Part shown: positions 1 through 12,572 of the stretch, one piece after another | Position numbering within the stretch: the stretch's first letter is position 1 | Layout: each line of letters begins with the position of its first letter | Source: Trueperaceae bacterium | GTDB lineage: Bacteria > Deinococcota > Deinococci > Deinococcales > Trueperaceae | Assembly (NCBI GenBank): GCA_034520945.1 | Contig: JAXHNB010000001.1 | Location: 1 to 64,000, forward strand | Reading direction: 5' to 3' | Length of the DNA: 64,000 bases | Program-made: the position numbers and the translations under genes | Notes under the pieces: generated by a model | The model's input: the letters and a program-made list of their open reading frames with translations, nothing else | What the model was told of the DNA's origin: nothing | Databases searched by the model: none

Positions 1-163
1 AAGCCACGAGCCCGATCAGCCGCGGCGGCAACGCCTGCCAGTCGAGAACGCCATCGCCGACAACTCGGTGCAGGAGCGCCAGAGGCGGCCCTTGGCCGTG
101 CACGGCCCCACCGTTGGCGACGCCGTCGGCGGTCGTGACGTGGTGGGCGCGTTGGGAGCTCAC
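1..163 (-). CDS. alpha/beta hydrolase, N-terminal part (runs off window)
   Basis: GTG at 163 after AAGGAGG; translates VSSQRAHHVTTADGVANGGAVHGQGPPLALLH, a typical AB-hydrolase start. Confidence 0.55.
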   Translation of the reverse strand, partial: MSSQRAHHVTTADGVANGGAVHGQGPPLALLHRVVGDGVLDWQALPPRLIGLVA

Positions 164-253
164 CTGTTGCCTCCTTCCGTCTCGACCGGCCGCCCGATCA
201 CGGTTCCCTTCCTCTCCTCGCATCTCCGTCCTCGGCCGTCGCATGATGGGGTC

Positions 254-1465
254 ATGCCGCTGCTCCCTCGGACGCAAACCGCCCTGCTGCGCCTGCTCGA
301 CGCGCTGCTCGACCAGGAGCGTGCCCGCACGCTCATCGCGCCGACCGAGTCCTCCACCGGCTTCTGGTTCGGTGGCGGCAACGTCGCCGAGGACGCGGAC
401 GGTGCCCTCTGGCTGGTGGGCCGCTACCGCGACGCGGGCGACGCCCGCACCGGCGTGGGCGGCGGCATCCGCGGCCGCGAGCTGGCCCTCTTCCGCTCGC
501 ACGACGCGGCGCGACCTTCACGAAGGTGCGCGGGTGGAGCAAGACCGAGCTAGCGACCTGCGACGAGGTGCTATCGATCGAGGGGAGTTCGCTTCGGAGG
601 CGCGCCGACGGCGGCTGGGAACTGTTCGTCTCGAGCGAGAAGAGGCGCGCGTATCCGAGCGCCTACGCCGAGTTCCAGAAGCCGGGGACCGGCGTGTGGA
701 CGATCGACAGGATGACCGGGCCGTCGCCCGACCGGTTGAATGCAGGCACCCTCGCGCCGGTGGTCGTCGGGATCGACCCCGGCCACTTGCACGTCAAGGA
801 CCCGGTCACGGTGGACCTGGCGGACGGCGGCACGGCCCGTACCGATCTCCAACCACCCGCTCACCTGGGCGTCCAGCAATACCGCGCTGGCGCGGCGCGC
901 CGCGGGCGGCGAGGGGTTCGTGGTCACGCACCCGGAGCTGGTACCGCGCGGTCCGTGCTGGACGTGGGCGTGACGCGCCTGACCGACCGGCTGCGGGTGC
1001 CACGCGTCGGCCGCTTCGCGGATGGACCGGAACTGTCGCTGCTGCGCTGACGACGGCGCCGAGGCGATGGCGCCCCTCCAGAGCGACTCGGGGCGTCCGC
1101 GCGGCTTCTCTTGCGAGGAGCTGGGCGGCGCGATGTGGGCGCCGGGCGACGACCTGGCCGCGGCCGAGCGCCTGACGCCGCTGGCGCCACGCTTCCTCTC
1201 GCCCCACGGCACGCGCTCGGCCCGCTACGTCCGCACGCGGACGACCCGCGAAGGGATCTTCGCCATCTGGCAGCAAGCGAAGCACGACGGCTCGCAACCC
1301 CTGGTGACGACATTCCTCGCGAACGACGAGGCGGCACCGACTGCTCGCCTGACGCCGCACGCCGGGACCGATCGAGGCCCGGGACCTGCCGAAGCGGGGC
1401 TGGAAGCCGACCGCACGGGCCGGCCCGTCGCGGGAGCGAGCCCAGACCGACCGAACGGCGCCTAG
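254..1465 (+). CDS. putative beta-propeller glycoside hydrolase-like protein, frameshifted over several ORFs
   Basis: ORFs 68..553, 526..1050 and 1022..1465 join: GFWFGGGN, LVGRYRDAGD, SIEGSSL, HVKDPV, RYV; upstream of a sugar ABC transporter; 3' end uncertain. Confidence 0.5.
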
Positions 1466-1692
1466 GGCGCGGTTCGTACGCTTGCCGGCACTCACGGCGT
1501 GCGCCACGTTCGCAGTGATCGGCCGTCTCGAAGGACCACGGCGCGGGCCGTTCGTCCGCCACGTTCGACAGGACCGTCGTCGGCGTGGCGCCGGCACCGC
1601 AGGCCGGTGCGCCGAGGTCCGGTCACGAGGAGGTGAAGCGCAGCTACGTCCAGCTCGAGACCCGCAACCCCGACCCACGGAAAGGGAGCCCC

Positions 1693-3012
1693 ATGCCAAG
1701 GATCTCTTCGCACCGCCCTCTTCGTCGTCGCGTTCGGTGCCTTCGCGCTGGCGCAAGCGCCCGTCGTCGTCTTCATCGGCTCGCGCCAGAACCAGGAGCT
1801 CCTGGAGGAGCTCGTCGCCCCGTTCGAGGAGGACAGCGGCATCGACGTGCAGTTCGAGGAAGGTGGCAACACCGCCGAGGTGCAGCGCCAGTACCTGAAC
1901 ACCGTGCTGCAGTCGCAGAGCGACGATATCGACATCTTCCTGATCGACGTCACCGAGCCGTCGCGCTACGCCGCTGCCGGCTGGGCCGAGCCGCTGAACC
2001 AGTACTTCGACTCCGAGCAGGCCATGATGGACTACCTGGACGCGTTCCTGCCCGGTCCGGTCGAGGCGAACCTGATCGACGGCACGCTGTACGCGCTGCC
2101 CAGCTACACCGACGCGCAGTTCCTGTACGACCGCACCGACCTGCTCGAGAAGTACGGCTTCGATCCGCCCGAAACCTGGGACGAGATGGTCTCCAGGCGA
2201 TCACCATCCTGCAGGGCGAGAACGACCCCAGCCTGCAAGGGTTCAACTATCAGGGCGCGGCCATCGAGGGCACCAACTGCACCTTCCTCGAGCCGCTGTG
2301 GACCGCCGGCGGCGACTGGCAGGACGAGGACGGCAACGTCACCGTCGACACCTACGAGGGCCGTCGGGCGCTCGACTTCCTGCTGTCCACCATGAACATC
2401 GGCGTGACCAAGGACAACATCGCCGAGACCGCGACGGACGACAGCCGCACCGAGTTTCAGGCCGGCGACGTGGTGTTCATGCTGAACTGGGGCTACGCCT
2501 GGGCGCGGGCGCAGGGCGATGAGGACTCCCAGGTCGTCGGAGACGTCGGCGTTGCGCCGCTGCCGGCGTTCGCCGGGCATGAGTCCGCTACCTGCATCGG
2601 CGGCTGGCAGTGGACGATCAACGCCTTCAGCTCCAACAAGGAGGCCGCCTTCGAGACGATGCGCTTCCTGACGAGCGAGGACGTCCAGCGCGTGCTGGCC
2701 GCCGACGACAGCCGCATTCCGGCCCGCACCAGCCTGTACTCCGACCCGCTCGTGCTCGAGTCGGTGCCGCACTACGGGCAGTTCTACGACGTGATCGTCA
2801 ACGCCCGCCCGCGGCCGGTGACCCCGTACTACGCCGAGGTGTCCGAGCTGGTCCGCACCACCGTGAACGCCGTGCTGGCCCGCTCCATCAGCATCGACCA
2901 GGCCCTGCGTGACATGCAGACCGGCCTGGAGGACATCGTCGCTCAGCAAGCCGCCCTCGCGGGGGTCCGGAGCGGACCCCCGCCGATCTTGCGCCCGAGG
3001 GTATTCCCGTGA
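1693..3012 (+). CDS. carbohydrate ABC transporter substrate-binding protein (frameshifted)
   Basis: ATG 1693 after AAAGGGAG; DIFLIDV, LYDRTDLLEKYG, FQAGDVVFMLNWGY, IGGWQWTIN, ARPRP; frame changes near 1715 and 2190. Confidence 0.85.
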   Translation: MPRISSHRPLRRRVRCLRAGASARRRLHRLAPEPGAPGGARRPVRGGQRHRRAVRGRWQHRRGAAPVPEHRAAVAERRYRHLPDRRHRAVALRRCRLGRAAEPVLRLRAGHDGLPGRVPARSGRGEPDRRHAVRAAQLHRRAVPVRPHRPAREVRLRSARNLGRDGLQAITILQGENDPSLQGFNYQGAAIEGTNCTFLEPLWTAGGDWQDEDGNVTVDTYEGRRALDFLLSTMNIGVTKDNIAETATDDSRTEFQAGDVVFMLNWGYAWARAQGDEDSQVVGDVGVAPLPAFAGHESATCIGGWQWTINAFSSNKEAAFETMRFLTSEDVQRVLAADDSRIPARTSLYSDPLVLESVPHYGQFYDVIVNARPRPVTPYYAEVSELVRTTVNAVLARSISIDQALRDMQTGLEDIVAQQAALAGVRSGPPPILRPRVFP

Positions 3013-4180
3013 CCGAACACCGCCCGGCGGTGTCCTACCGCAAGCCCGGCTTCTGGCGCCGCCTGCGCCAAGGCAACCTCAGCGACCGCCAACTGGGATA
3101 CGTGCTGCTGTCGCCCGCGTTGGCCACGTTGGCGCTCGTCATGCTCTACCCGGTCCTGACCGTGCTGTGGCAGTCGATCCACGGCGAGCACCTGCTACGG
3201 CCCTGGGTCGGCTCGCCCTTGGTCGGCGCCGAGCACTTCGAGAAGATGCTGTGTGGGCCGGGAGATGAGCTGGGCGCCGTTCACCTGTGGCCGTGGCGGG
3301 CGCTGGGGCTGGCGCTGCTGATCCCGACCTGGTGGGCGGTGGCGCGCAAGCGCACCGGCGTCTGGGCCGGGATGGCGATCAGCGCCGCGCTGCTCGCCGT
3401 CTTTGCGCTGGCGATGGGGTTCCACCCGGGTGCGGACGGACGCTGGGCGACGCGCGCTTCTGGAACAGCTTCTCGATCACCCTGCTGATCATCGTCGTCT
3501 CGGTCGTCGGCTCGTTCGTGGTGGGGACTGCCGCTCGCGCTCGTCGCCAACGTTCGATCGCCGCTGCGCTGGATGGGCCGCGTCGCGCTGCTGCTGCCGT
3601 GGGCGATGCCACGCGTGTTCACCGGCCTGACCTTCGCCTGGCTGTTCCAGAGCGACTACGGGGTCGTGAACGACGTGTTCGCTCGACTGGGGCTCAACGC
3701 CCTGTTCAGCCGCCGCGCTGCCCGAGTCGTGGACCGGCCAGCGCGGTGTGATGTGGCTGTCGCGCGACGTGCCCGCCATCGTGGCGGTCAACCTGACCAT
3801 CATCTGGAAGACCTCGTCGTTCGTGGCGCTGATCCTGCTGGCCGGCCTGCAGTCGATCGACAAGAACCTGTACGAGGCGGCCACCGTGGACGGCGCCAAC
3901 GCCTGGCAACGCTTCTGGCGCATCACCCTGCCGCTGCTTCGGCCGGCGATCGCCGTCGCGCTGATCTTCCGCACCCTCACCGCCATCCAGACCTTCGACA
4001 TCCCCTACGCCATGACGAACGGCTGGTCCCGGCCGCACGCTCGAGACGCTCGGCCTGTACATCTACAACACCGTCAGCGCGTCCAACATCGGCTACGCCG
4101 CGGCGCTGTCGGTGGTCCTGTTCGTGATGAGTTTCGGGATCACGCTCTTCTACATGCGCTGGATCTTCACGAACGACTGA
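3009..4180 (+). CDS. carbohydrate ABC permease (frameshifted)
   Basis: LLSPALATLAL, LLPWAMP, LAGLQSIDKNLYEAATVDGA (EAA loop), ITLPLLRP across several frames. Confidence 0.85.
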
Positions 4181-4208
4181 CCGCCGCACCCGGCTGCAGA
4201 CGGTCCTG

Positions 4209-5091
4209 GTGACGTTCGCCCTGGTGGTGCTGATCGTGGGCGGGATGTTCCCCGCCGTCTGGTTGTTCCTCACCTCGCTCAAGACCGACGGCGAGCTGGT
4301 GCGCCAGCCGATCACCTACCTGCCGGACGCGCCCACGCTGGCCGCCTACGTCTCGGTATTCCAGGAGAACCCGTTCGCGAGATTCCTGCTGAACTCGTTC
4401 GTGGTCGCGATCAGCACCACCCTCGTGTGCGTCCTGTTCGCCGGCCTGGCCGGGTACGCCCTGGCACGCCTGAGCGTGCCCGGGCGACGCCTCGTCATGT
4501 CCGGAATCGTGATGACCTCGATGTTCCCGGCGCTGGTGCTGCTGGTACCGCTGTACCGACTGTTCGTCGGGATCGAGATCCCGGGCCTGTCCGGCCTGGT
4601 CGGGCTACCTCGAGGCGATGGGGCTGACCTTCCTCCCGGAGACGACCAAGACGCCCAACTTGCTGAACACCTACTTGGCGCTGATCATCCCCTACGTCGC
4701 CATCTCGCTGCCGATCGCCACGCTGATCCTGACCAGCTTCTTCCAGCTGATCCCCGAAGACCTCGAGTCGGCCGCGATGGTCGACGGCGCCTCGCGCACC
4801 GGCGCGCTGTTCCGCATCGTCGCGCCACTCTCGGCGCCCGGCGTCGTGACGGCCGGCATCATCGTGTTCGTCAACTCATGGAACGAGTTCCTGCTCGCGT
4901 TCACGTTCAATACCAGCCTGCAGATGCGCACCGTGCCGGTCGGCATCGTGTTGTACCAGGGCGAGTTCGCGTTCGACTGGTCGATCATCAGCGCCGCACT
5001 GACGCTAGGGATCGTGCCGCTGGTGCTGCTGATCCTGTTCTTCCAGCAGCGCATCATCAGCGGCCTGACGGCGGGCGGCGTGAAGGGCTGA
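4209..5091 (+). CDS. carbohydrate ABC permease (frameshift near 4615)
   Basis: LTSLKT, AGYALARL, IPEDLESAAMVDGA, NSWNEFL, GLTAGGVKG. Confidence 0.85.
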
Positions 5092-5220
5092 GGAAGCTGG
5101 GAGCGATGCACGAGCGGGCCGGCACGATCGAGGCGTCCTTCTCGAGCAAGCGGGTCGCAAGCCTGAACCCCGACGAGCCGGTGACCGACGCGTTCGTTCG
5201 CAGCGACGCGAGCCCCATGA

Positions 5221-6065
5221 ATGGACACCGCCTCTGATGGCTTCGATTCGCGGATCTCGTCCCGTTGCCCGGAACACCCGTCGTCGCTAGGCTGGCGTTC
5301 GCCGTGGACGGACCGCATGGAGACGCCATGGCCGCTACACGCGACGTACGTCCGCTCAGCGACCTTGCGGACGAGATCGGCAAGGCCGTCACCCGCGAAG
5401 GAGAATCCCGACGGTCGCCAGAGCTACGGTCGCAGCATGACGGTCGATCCCGGGCGCCGCGCCAGCGTGCGCCCCCGATCGCCCCGGCATCACCGTCGCG
5501 ACCCTCGATCTGGACGCCGTGGCCGATCAGGTCGCGCCTCCCGAGCCCGAACCATCGCGTCCCTGACGCGTACCTGCTGGAAACGCGCACGAAGTAGCGA
5601 CCCGCGCGAGTCGGCACGGGCCTTCGCATGCTCGGTCCACGCAGCATGCCGAGCTCGGACGGAACCATCACCCCCGAGCTCATCCGGCGCATGCGCGAGC
5701 ACGCCCACCGCCGCGCCGCCGAGCCGGAAAGCTACGAGGCGGACCGGTTCGGCTCGCCCGACGTGCGCCGCGACTTCGCTCCGATGGGCCGCGAGATCGC
5801 GGACGCTCTCGGCCCATCGCCCGACGAGGTGTGCGCCGGGGTGGGCATCGGCGGCGCCTTGATGGGCACGCTGGACGGGCTGGCGGAGGCGGACATGCGA
5901 CCCGACGCGATCGCCTCGCGGAGATTCGCGCCATCGATCAAACGGACGCCTTCGCGATGAGCCGCCGCCTGGCACGGGACGAAGGAATCCTGGCCGGCAT
6001 TTCCACCGGCCTGAACGCTGACCGCCGCCGTCGAGCTCGCCGGGGAGCTCGGCCCCGGTCGCACT
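5221..6065 (+). pseudogene. degraded cysteine synthase-family (PLP) gene
   Basis: Fragments GTPVVARL, CAGVGIGGALMG, AFAMSRRLARDEGILAGISTGLN in different frames, with apparent deletions. Confidence 0.65.
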
Positions 6066-6307
6066 CTTCTGGCCAAATCACATGGTCGGTCCGCTTCTTG
6101 GCCTCGCGTCTGCGCGCCAACATCGCAGAATGCATCGAAGGCGGCCTCGTAGCGAAGTGCGACCTCGAGGACATCCGGGCCGCCGCATCGGCACGCAACG
6201 ACGCCCGCCTCGCAGCGCTGGCGTTGCGCTCCATGATGATCGAGCTTGCACCGCCCGCCTTCAGGGCGTCGGTGGTACCGGCACGGTCGGTGGCCGCACT
6301 ACACAGT

Positions 6308-7392
6308 TCACGACTCAGTGCTTCGGCTCTGCAGAAGGGCGCTCATGTATCCCATCGCGTACGACATGCCAGCGTGCCACGGGGCGTCGCAGCTCATCTG
6401 CGGCGTGTGGTCGGGGATGACGACCCCTTCGTACCCGGCACGATGCAGGACTTCGATCACGCGCGGCATGTCGAGGTCGCCTTCGTCGAGGAATACCTCG
6501 CGGTAGTGGGCGCCTTGCCGCGGACGTTACGGAAGTGGACGTAGCCGAGGTCGCCTCGCCGCGCGTGGCGCTCGATCACGGCGTACATGTCGCCCTCGCT
6601 AGGCATCTCGCTCAGCGTACCGAGGCAGAACTCGAGCGCGTTGGAATCGCTTGGATGGAGGTCGAGGAGGCGTTGGAAGTCCTCCGGCCGTCGCACCAGG
6701 CGGGGCTGGCGCCGAAGGCGTGGCACCGGCGGATCATCGGGGTGCGCAGCGAGGCGCACCCCCGCCGCCTCGGCCACAGGAAGAAGTTCCTCGAGGAACC
6801 GTTCTACGCGTCGCCAGAGCTGCTCCTCGCTGATCCTCGGGCCGTCGGCCTTCGGGGCATCCGGATCCACGACCATGTTCCAAACCATGCCGCGCGGCAA
6901 CGGCGTTTCGTCGATTCCGTCCATCCCGACCCGACTCGGCGTCGCCGCGCGCAAAGGGACCGCGGATGCGCCCCGCGACTCCAGCCAGGCTAAAGTTGTA
7001 GCCGAGCATGGGGATCCCGGCAGCGCCGAGGTTCACAACGATCTGCTTGACCCGTTGGATCTGTTCTTCGCGCTTTGGGCCGTCTAGGAGGATATCGTAC
7101 CAGTCGGCTGGATCCAGGTTCTCAATCGCCTCGAGGGTCAGACCGTGGCGCGCTAGGTCGTCGCGTAGCGTGCTGAGGGCCTCAACGGTCCACAAGCCTT
7201 CCGTTGTCCCGGCGACGCCCCACCCCGCGACGTGCCGACCGGCTGGTCGTCCGTCGCCTTCGCGCCACCTTGGTGGGTGTAATCCACGAGATGCACCACG
7301 GCGTGCGTCGCGCCGCATTGGCGCGCGAAGCGGTAGCTCTGCGCGTCGAGCATGTGCCGGTAGAACCCGAAGCCGAGCTTGATGTCGCTCAC
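6308..7392 (-). CDS. uxuA: mannonate dehydratase (frameshifted)
   Basis: GLTLEAIEN, GYNFSLAGV, LAAHPDDPP, LEFCLGT, VHFRNVRG, IPDHTP. Confidence 0.85.
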
Positions 7393-7405
7393 GCACTAGC
7401 TCCGT

Positions 7406-8166
7406 TCAGAAACCTATCGCAGCGCCGCCGTCAACGCGCAGCACGGTGCCGTTGACGAAGCTCGGCAGCCTGGAGACGCCAAGAACACGGACGCCCAGCC
7501 GACCTCTTCTGGATCGCCGCGGCGCCTAGGGGTGTGCGTTCAAGGACCTTCGCGAGGCGCTCGAGGATCACTGTCCAGCGCCGTTCTGCCCATCTCGGTC
7601 ACGATGAAACCAGGCGCCACGCCATCGACGCGCACGCCTGAGCGGCCCCACTCGACGGCCAGTTGGTGAACGAGGCCCTGCAGCGCCGACTTGGACGCGG
7701 TGCATGCGGCCACCTGCTCGAGCCCGAAGAAGGCGGCCATAGACGTGATCATCTGGATGTCGCCCCATTTCCGCTGAACCATGCGCTGCGCACATGCGCG
7801 GGACATTGCGACCGCGCCTTTGAGATTGGTGGCGAGAACTTCGTCAAACTGCGCATCCGTGACCTCCAGGGAGGGAAGCTTCTGGTTGATTCCAGCGTTG
7901 TTCACCACAGTGCCGATCGGCCCGACGTCCCGTTCCAGCTCGGCGACGAAGTCCGGGATCGAGTCCAGGTCCGACACGTCGTGCACACGGGCCACGGCTG
8001 CTCCCCCGACGCGCTTCACCGTCTCGCGCAGCGGCGCCTCGCGGCGACCGGTCACGACCACGTGAGCGCCCCGCGACACGAAGCAAGAAGCGATCGCGCG
8101 GCCGATGCCGCTGCCGCCTCCAGTGATCAGTACGAAGTGGTGGTCGAACGCGAAGGGGTCGTTCAC
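7406..8166 (-). CDS. SDR oxidoreductase, gluconate 5-dehydrogenase-like (C-terminal frameshifts)
   Basis: TGGGSGIG, VNNAGI, VAPGFI, out-of-frame tail FVNGTVLRVDGGAAIGF; the catalytic YxxxK position reads CTASK. Confidence 0.8.
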
Positions 8167-9205
8167 GAGCTTCGGTCCTTACCCCCAGGCAACGCGACCT
8201 GGACCTTGAGGTTCTCCTCCCCTCGACGGCGGCCTTGAACGCCACCTCGGTCTCAGCGAAGGGGAACGTGGCCGTCACGATGGGCGTCACGTCGATGGAT
8301 CCGTCCGCCACGAGGTCCAGGGCGCGTGCGAAGTCGGTGGTGAACCGGAACGACCCGCGCACCTGCAACTCCTTGCTCATGATTCGGTTCGCAGGCAACT
8401 CGACCCGGTCGGGAAGCGTGCCAATCTGCACGATCGTGCCACCCTTACGCACAAGGTCGATCGCCTGGGACAAGCAGGCGCCGCGCCCGACGCCTCGAAC
8501 ACGACGTCGAAGCCATCGCTGGCGACTTCGAGGAGGCCGGTGTCGCTCGGGTCGTAGGCTGCATGCGAGGCAAGCGCCTCCGCTTGTGCGCGACGAGCGG
8601 AGCTCGGGTCGCTGACTCGCTACGAAGGTAGCGCCGACTCGGCGGCCAATCATTGCCACCAACTGGCCGATGGCCGCCCCCCGCTACGAGAACTCGACGG
8701 CCAACTAGGAGCCCGGCCCGCTCCACGGCGTGCAGAGCAACGGAGGTCGGCTCAAGGAGCGCGGCCTCTGCGTCGCCGACGTGGTCAGGGATCCGGTAAC
8801 AGTTTGCGCGCCGCATGACGATGCGCTCGCGGAAGCCGCCATCCACGTGGGGCGTAACGCCGGCTGAGCCGAGGAAGGTGACATTTCGGCACAGATTGAT
8901 GCGACCCTCGCGACAGGCAGGGCAATGACCGCACGTTTGAGCAGGGTCCACAGCGACGCGCGTGCCGGGCGCGAGGTCTGGACGTCTCGCCCCACCTCAA
9001 CGACCTCGCCCATCAGTTCGTGACCGAGAACGAACGGGGTTTGCGGGCGAAAGTCGCCACAGTAGCCGTGAACGTAGTATTCCATGTCTGACCCGCATAC
9101 GCCGACGCGGAGCACGTCGACGAGGACGTCGCCGGCCCCTACGGTCGGGGCCTCCACGTCCCTGAGGCGCAGGTCACGAGCTCCGTGCAAGTAGTAGGCT
9201 TTCAT
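8163..9205 (-). CDS. Zn-dependent dehydrogenase, L-idonate 5-dehydrogenase-like (frameshifted)
   Basis: GVCGSD, LGHE, CGHCPACREGRINLC, LEPTSVALHA, KELQVRGSFRF. Confidence 0.8.
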
Positions 9206-9209
9206 CGAA

Positions 9210-10043
9210 TCAACCCTTCACGCCGCCGGCAGTGATGCCCTGAACAATGTAGCGCTGGAAGAGGACTACGAAGATGAGCGCGGGGATGGTGGTGAGGATT
9301 CCCGCGGCCGAGATCAGGTTCCAGCGCACGAATACATCCCCGACGAAGTCAGAAATCCCGACGGAGATGGTCTTGGATGCCGCACTCTGAGAGAAGGTGA
9401 GGGCGAAAAGGTACTCGTTCCACGTGAAGAGGAAGCTGACGATCGCCGCAGCGCCCAAGCCAGGCGCGGCGATCGGCATGGTGATGCGCCAAAGCGCCTG
9501 CAGGCGGGTCGCGCCGTCGATGAGCGCGGCGTCCTCGAGACTCCACGGAAGGTCCTTCATAAACCCCCAAGCGATCCAAATGAAGAACGGAAGGTTCAGC
9601 ATGAAGTTCACCAGCACCAGCGAGACGAGCGAGTCGATCGCTCCGAGCGCGCTAACCAACATGAAGAACGGCACGATCAGCGCGATTGGAGGAAGCAAGC
9701 GGATCGAGATGGTCGCCACCATGAGCGGTCGCCTGAAGGGGAAGCGGTAGCGCGCCATGGCGTAGGCGGCTGGAACGCCGAAGATCGCGCACAGCGTGAC
9801 AACCACGAGCGAAATGATCAACGTGTTCAGGAGGTAGCGGCTGTAAGCCTGGTTGAAGAGGACGTCGCGATATGCCTGCAGCGTGAAGTTCTCTGGCAGG
9901 TAGGTGATCGGCGACCGCGTCAACTCGACGACTGGCTTGAAGGAGGTGATGAACGTAAACAGGAACGGCACGAACACGAATACCAAGTAAACGCCCAGAA
10001 CGACCCAGGCGGCGATCTTCGCGCCGTCGACGCGCCGGCCCAT
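9210..10043 (-). CDS. carbohydrate ABC permease
   Basis: Intact ORF; LEDAALIDGA, FTWNEYLFA, GITAGGVKG. Confidence 0.92.
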   Translation of the reverse strand: MGRRVDGAKIAAWVVLGVYLVFVFVPFLFTFITSFKPVVELTRSPITYLPENFTLQAYRDVLFNQAYSRYLLNTLIISLVVVTLCAIFGVPAAYAMARYRFPFRRPLMVATISIRLLPPIALIVPFFMLVSALGAIDSLVSLVLVNFMLNLPFFIWIAWGFMKDLPWSLEDAALIDGATRLQALWRITMPIAAPGLGAAAIVSFLFTWNEYLFALTFSQSAASKTISVGISDFVGDVFVRWNLISAAGILTTIPALIFVVLFQRYIVQGITAGGVKG

Positions 10044-10918
10044 CAGAGCTCCACCCGAAGCAATCGCAGGTAGGCGACGACGAGCAGAATGCTTACGGCC
10101 AACATGAAGACCGAGGCGGCAGCCGCGACGCCGAAGTTGAAGCCCTTGAAAGCAGCGTCATAGATGAACTGGACCAGCAGCTCGGTCGCGTTGCCGGGGC
10201 CTCCGCCGGTCAGGACGGAGACGATGTCAAAGGTGCGGAACGCGAACATCGTCTGCAGCGCAAGCACGATCGAGATGGGTAGCGGAGGTTCGGGAGCGTG
10301 ATGTAACGCAATCGCTGGAAAGCGCTAGCCCCGTCGATGGAAGCGCTTTCGTAAAACTCCACTGGGATGGACTGCAGGCCAGCGTAGAGGATCAGCGCCA
10401 CGAAGGGGATACGAATCCAAGCGTCCGTGAATATCAGTACGCTCATCGCGGTCGGACCTTTCGTAAGCCAGCCGACGGGCTCAAGGCCGATCCGCTGGAG
10501 GACATCGTTCACGAGTCCGTACTCCGTATCGAGCGTCCACCGCCACATCATCGCGGCAGTGACGGGCGGAATGGCCCACGGCAGCAGGCTAATGCCCCGC
10601 ACCACGGTCACGAAACGGTCGATCTTCGCCAGGGACAGCGCGACCGCAAAGCCCACGAAAAAGAAGAGCGTCACCGAGCCGAAGGTGTAGATAACCGAGC
10701 GACCGAAGTCGCGCCAAAAGAGAGTGCTACGAAACACGCGCGCGTAGTTGTCCACTCCGACGAATTCCGGTTCAAAGGAGACGTCGAGGGAGACGAGGCT
10801 GGTACGTATGAGATTGCCGAATGGATAGCCTGACGATTCCGAGCAACAGTAGGACGCTAGGTAGGACGAGCAGGAGCGCGAACTTCTGCGGAGGAAGCCG
10901 GTTGAGCCAGTTAAGCAT
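10043..10918 (-). CDS. carbohydrate ABC permease (frameshifted)
   Basis: MLNWLNRL start; LLPWAIPP, AGLQSIPVEFYESASIDGA, FDIVSVLTGGGPG. Confidence 0.85.
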
Positions 10919-11005
10919 AAATGAACCTCACCGCATCCGTCGGTTCGAGCGGGAGGGCGTAGCGCCACCCACGGTGAGCAGCGCCACGCGCGATGGGTCG
11001 GTGGC

Positions 11006-12329
11006 TCAGTTGCTAGACATGATTTCGTCGATCGCGCTTTGGGCGTCGGCGAGTGCTTGCTCAACGGTCTTCGCTTGGGCAAGCGCGCTCTGGATCTGCC
11101 CGCCAAACACGTCGATCACCTCGGCCATCTGGGTGTAGTTCTCGCGGAGCGAGGCGTCGACGAGGTCGCTGTGCGCCTGAAGGTAGCCGGGTTCCAGCTC
11201 GGTCTCGGCGGCGGCCATGTCGTACACGTCGCGCACGAGCGTGTCGTTGCCCTCGAGAAGGAGCTCGTTGGCATGTGCCTGCTGGCTGCGCATGTAGTCG
11301 AGGAACAGCTTGGCGGCACCAATGTTCTCACTGTAGGCGTTGATAGCGAGAATCTGGAAGTCGCCCGGGGCCTTGCCGTCGGTCGCTTCGTCCCAGGAGG
11401 GTGGGGTCGTGAACGCGACGTCGTCGACGACGTTCGACTGTTCTGGGTTCGTCGCGCGGGCGAAGTGGTAGTCCCACTGCCCCATCATCGCGACCTGCCC
11501 GCCGACGAACAGGTCTCCGACCTCGGATTCCTTGAGCTGCGGCGCCGACGGCGGTACGACCTCGTACTCGTAGATCAGGTCGTGCAGGAACTGGAGTGCC
11601 GTTCGGGCCTCCTCGGTGTCGACACGCGGTTCACCATCATGCACGAGCCTGCCGTCCATCATGTAAAGGATCGATAGGAAGCTCTCGTACGCGGTGAAGT
11701 TGTCGCCCGCACCGAATGCAAAACCATAGACGTCGTCCGTGGTGAGGGCCTGAGCCGCCTCCACGAGCTCGTCCTTGGTTGTGGGTGGCGTCAAGCCAGC
11801 CTCCTCCAGAAGGCTCGGGCGATAGTAGAAGCCCCACTGCTGGCCGAGCTGCGGGACAGCGTAGTAGGAGCCGTTCACCTCGATATCGTCCCGCACCCAT
11901 GCGGGGTAGTGCGACCACATCTCCTCGGACCAGAGGTCGTCTACGTTTACGAGCCGACCGCCAGCGGCGAGGCGCACGTAGTTGCGCTCAGCCTGGAACA
12001 TGTCGGGCGATGCCGACCGGCTCAGTACGGTCGTGGCGATCTTCTGCGCCATGTCGTCGAATGCGACCACGATGTGGTCGACACTCACGCCAGTCAAGTT
12101 CTTGGTAGACGTCGCCGTTGCGGAGAGTGGCGGGGTCGAAGTCCATCGCTCCGTAGTTGAAGTGCGAGATCTCCTCGGTGTCGCCAACGAGTTCTTGCCA
12201 ACCGTCGGGCAACTGGTAGTTCGGATTGAACAAGCGGTCTTCAGCATCGGTGGTGAAGTCGACTTGCGCGGCCGCCAGGCTGGGAATGATGAGCGCGAGG
12301 GTCAGGACGAATAGCAATCTGTTCCGCAT
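11006..12329 (-). CDS. carbohydrate ABC substrate-binding protein (frameshift near 12100)
   Basis: Signal MRNRLLFVLTLALIIPSLAAAQ; GSYYAVP, FYYRPSLLEEAG, FVGGQVAM. Confidence 0.85.
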
Positions 12330-12484
12330 GGTGAACCCTTCCTACGGTCGAGGTCGGGGCCTTCCGAACTGCGTTACGAGCCCCAGTACAAAAACGATCA
12401 GCCAGAGAGCACGTACCTTGCTCGATTGCCACCTCCTTTCCATCGCCACATACGGCTATCGACGCTCGTTATTCACCTATCGGA

Positions 12485-12515
12485 TTGTATGATGATCGTA
12501 GTGCATGCTATACAA
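12485..12515. promoter_or_regulatory. candidate GntR/FadR operator in divergent promoter region
   Basis: Inverted half-sites TTGTAT-N19-ATACAA in an AT-richer spacer between the SBP gene and rraA-gntR. Confidence 0.35.
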
Positions 12516-12572
12516 GGTGTCGAGCGATCGGGCTAGTGCGCAGCGTTAGGTCAGAAAGGACGGTGCAGCGAG

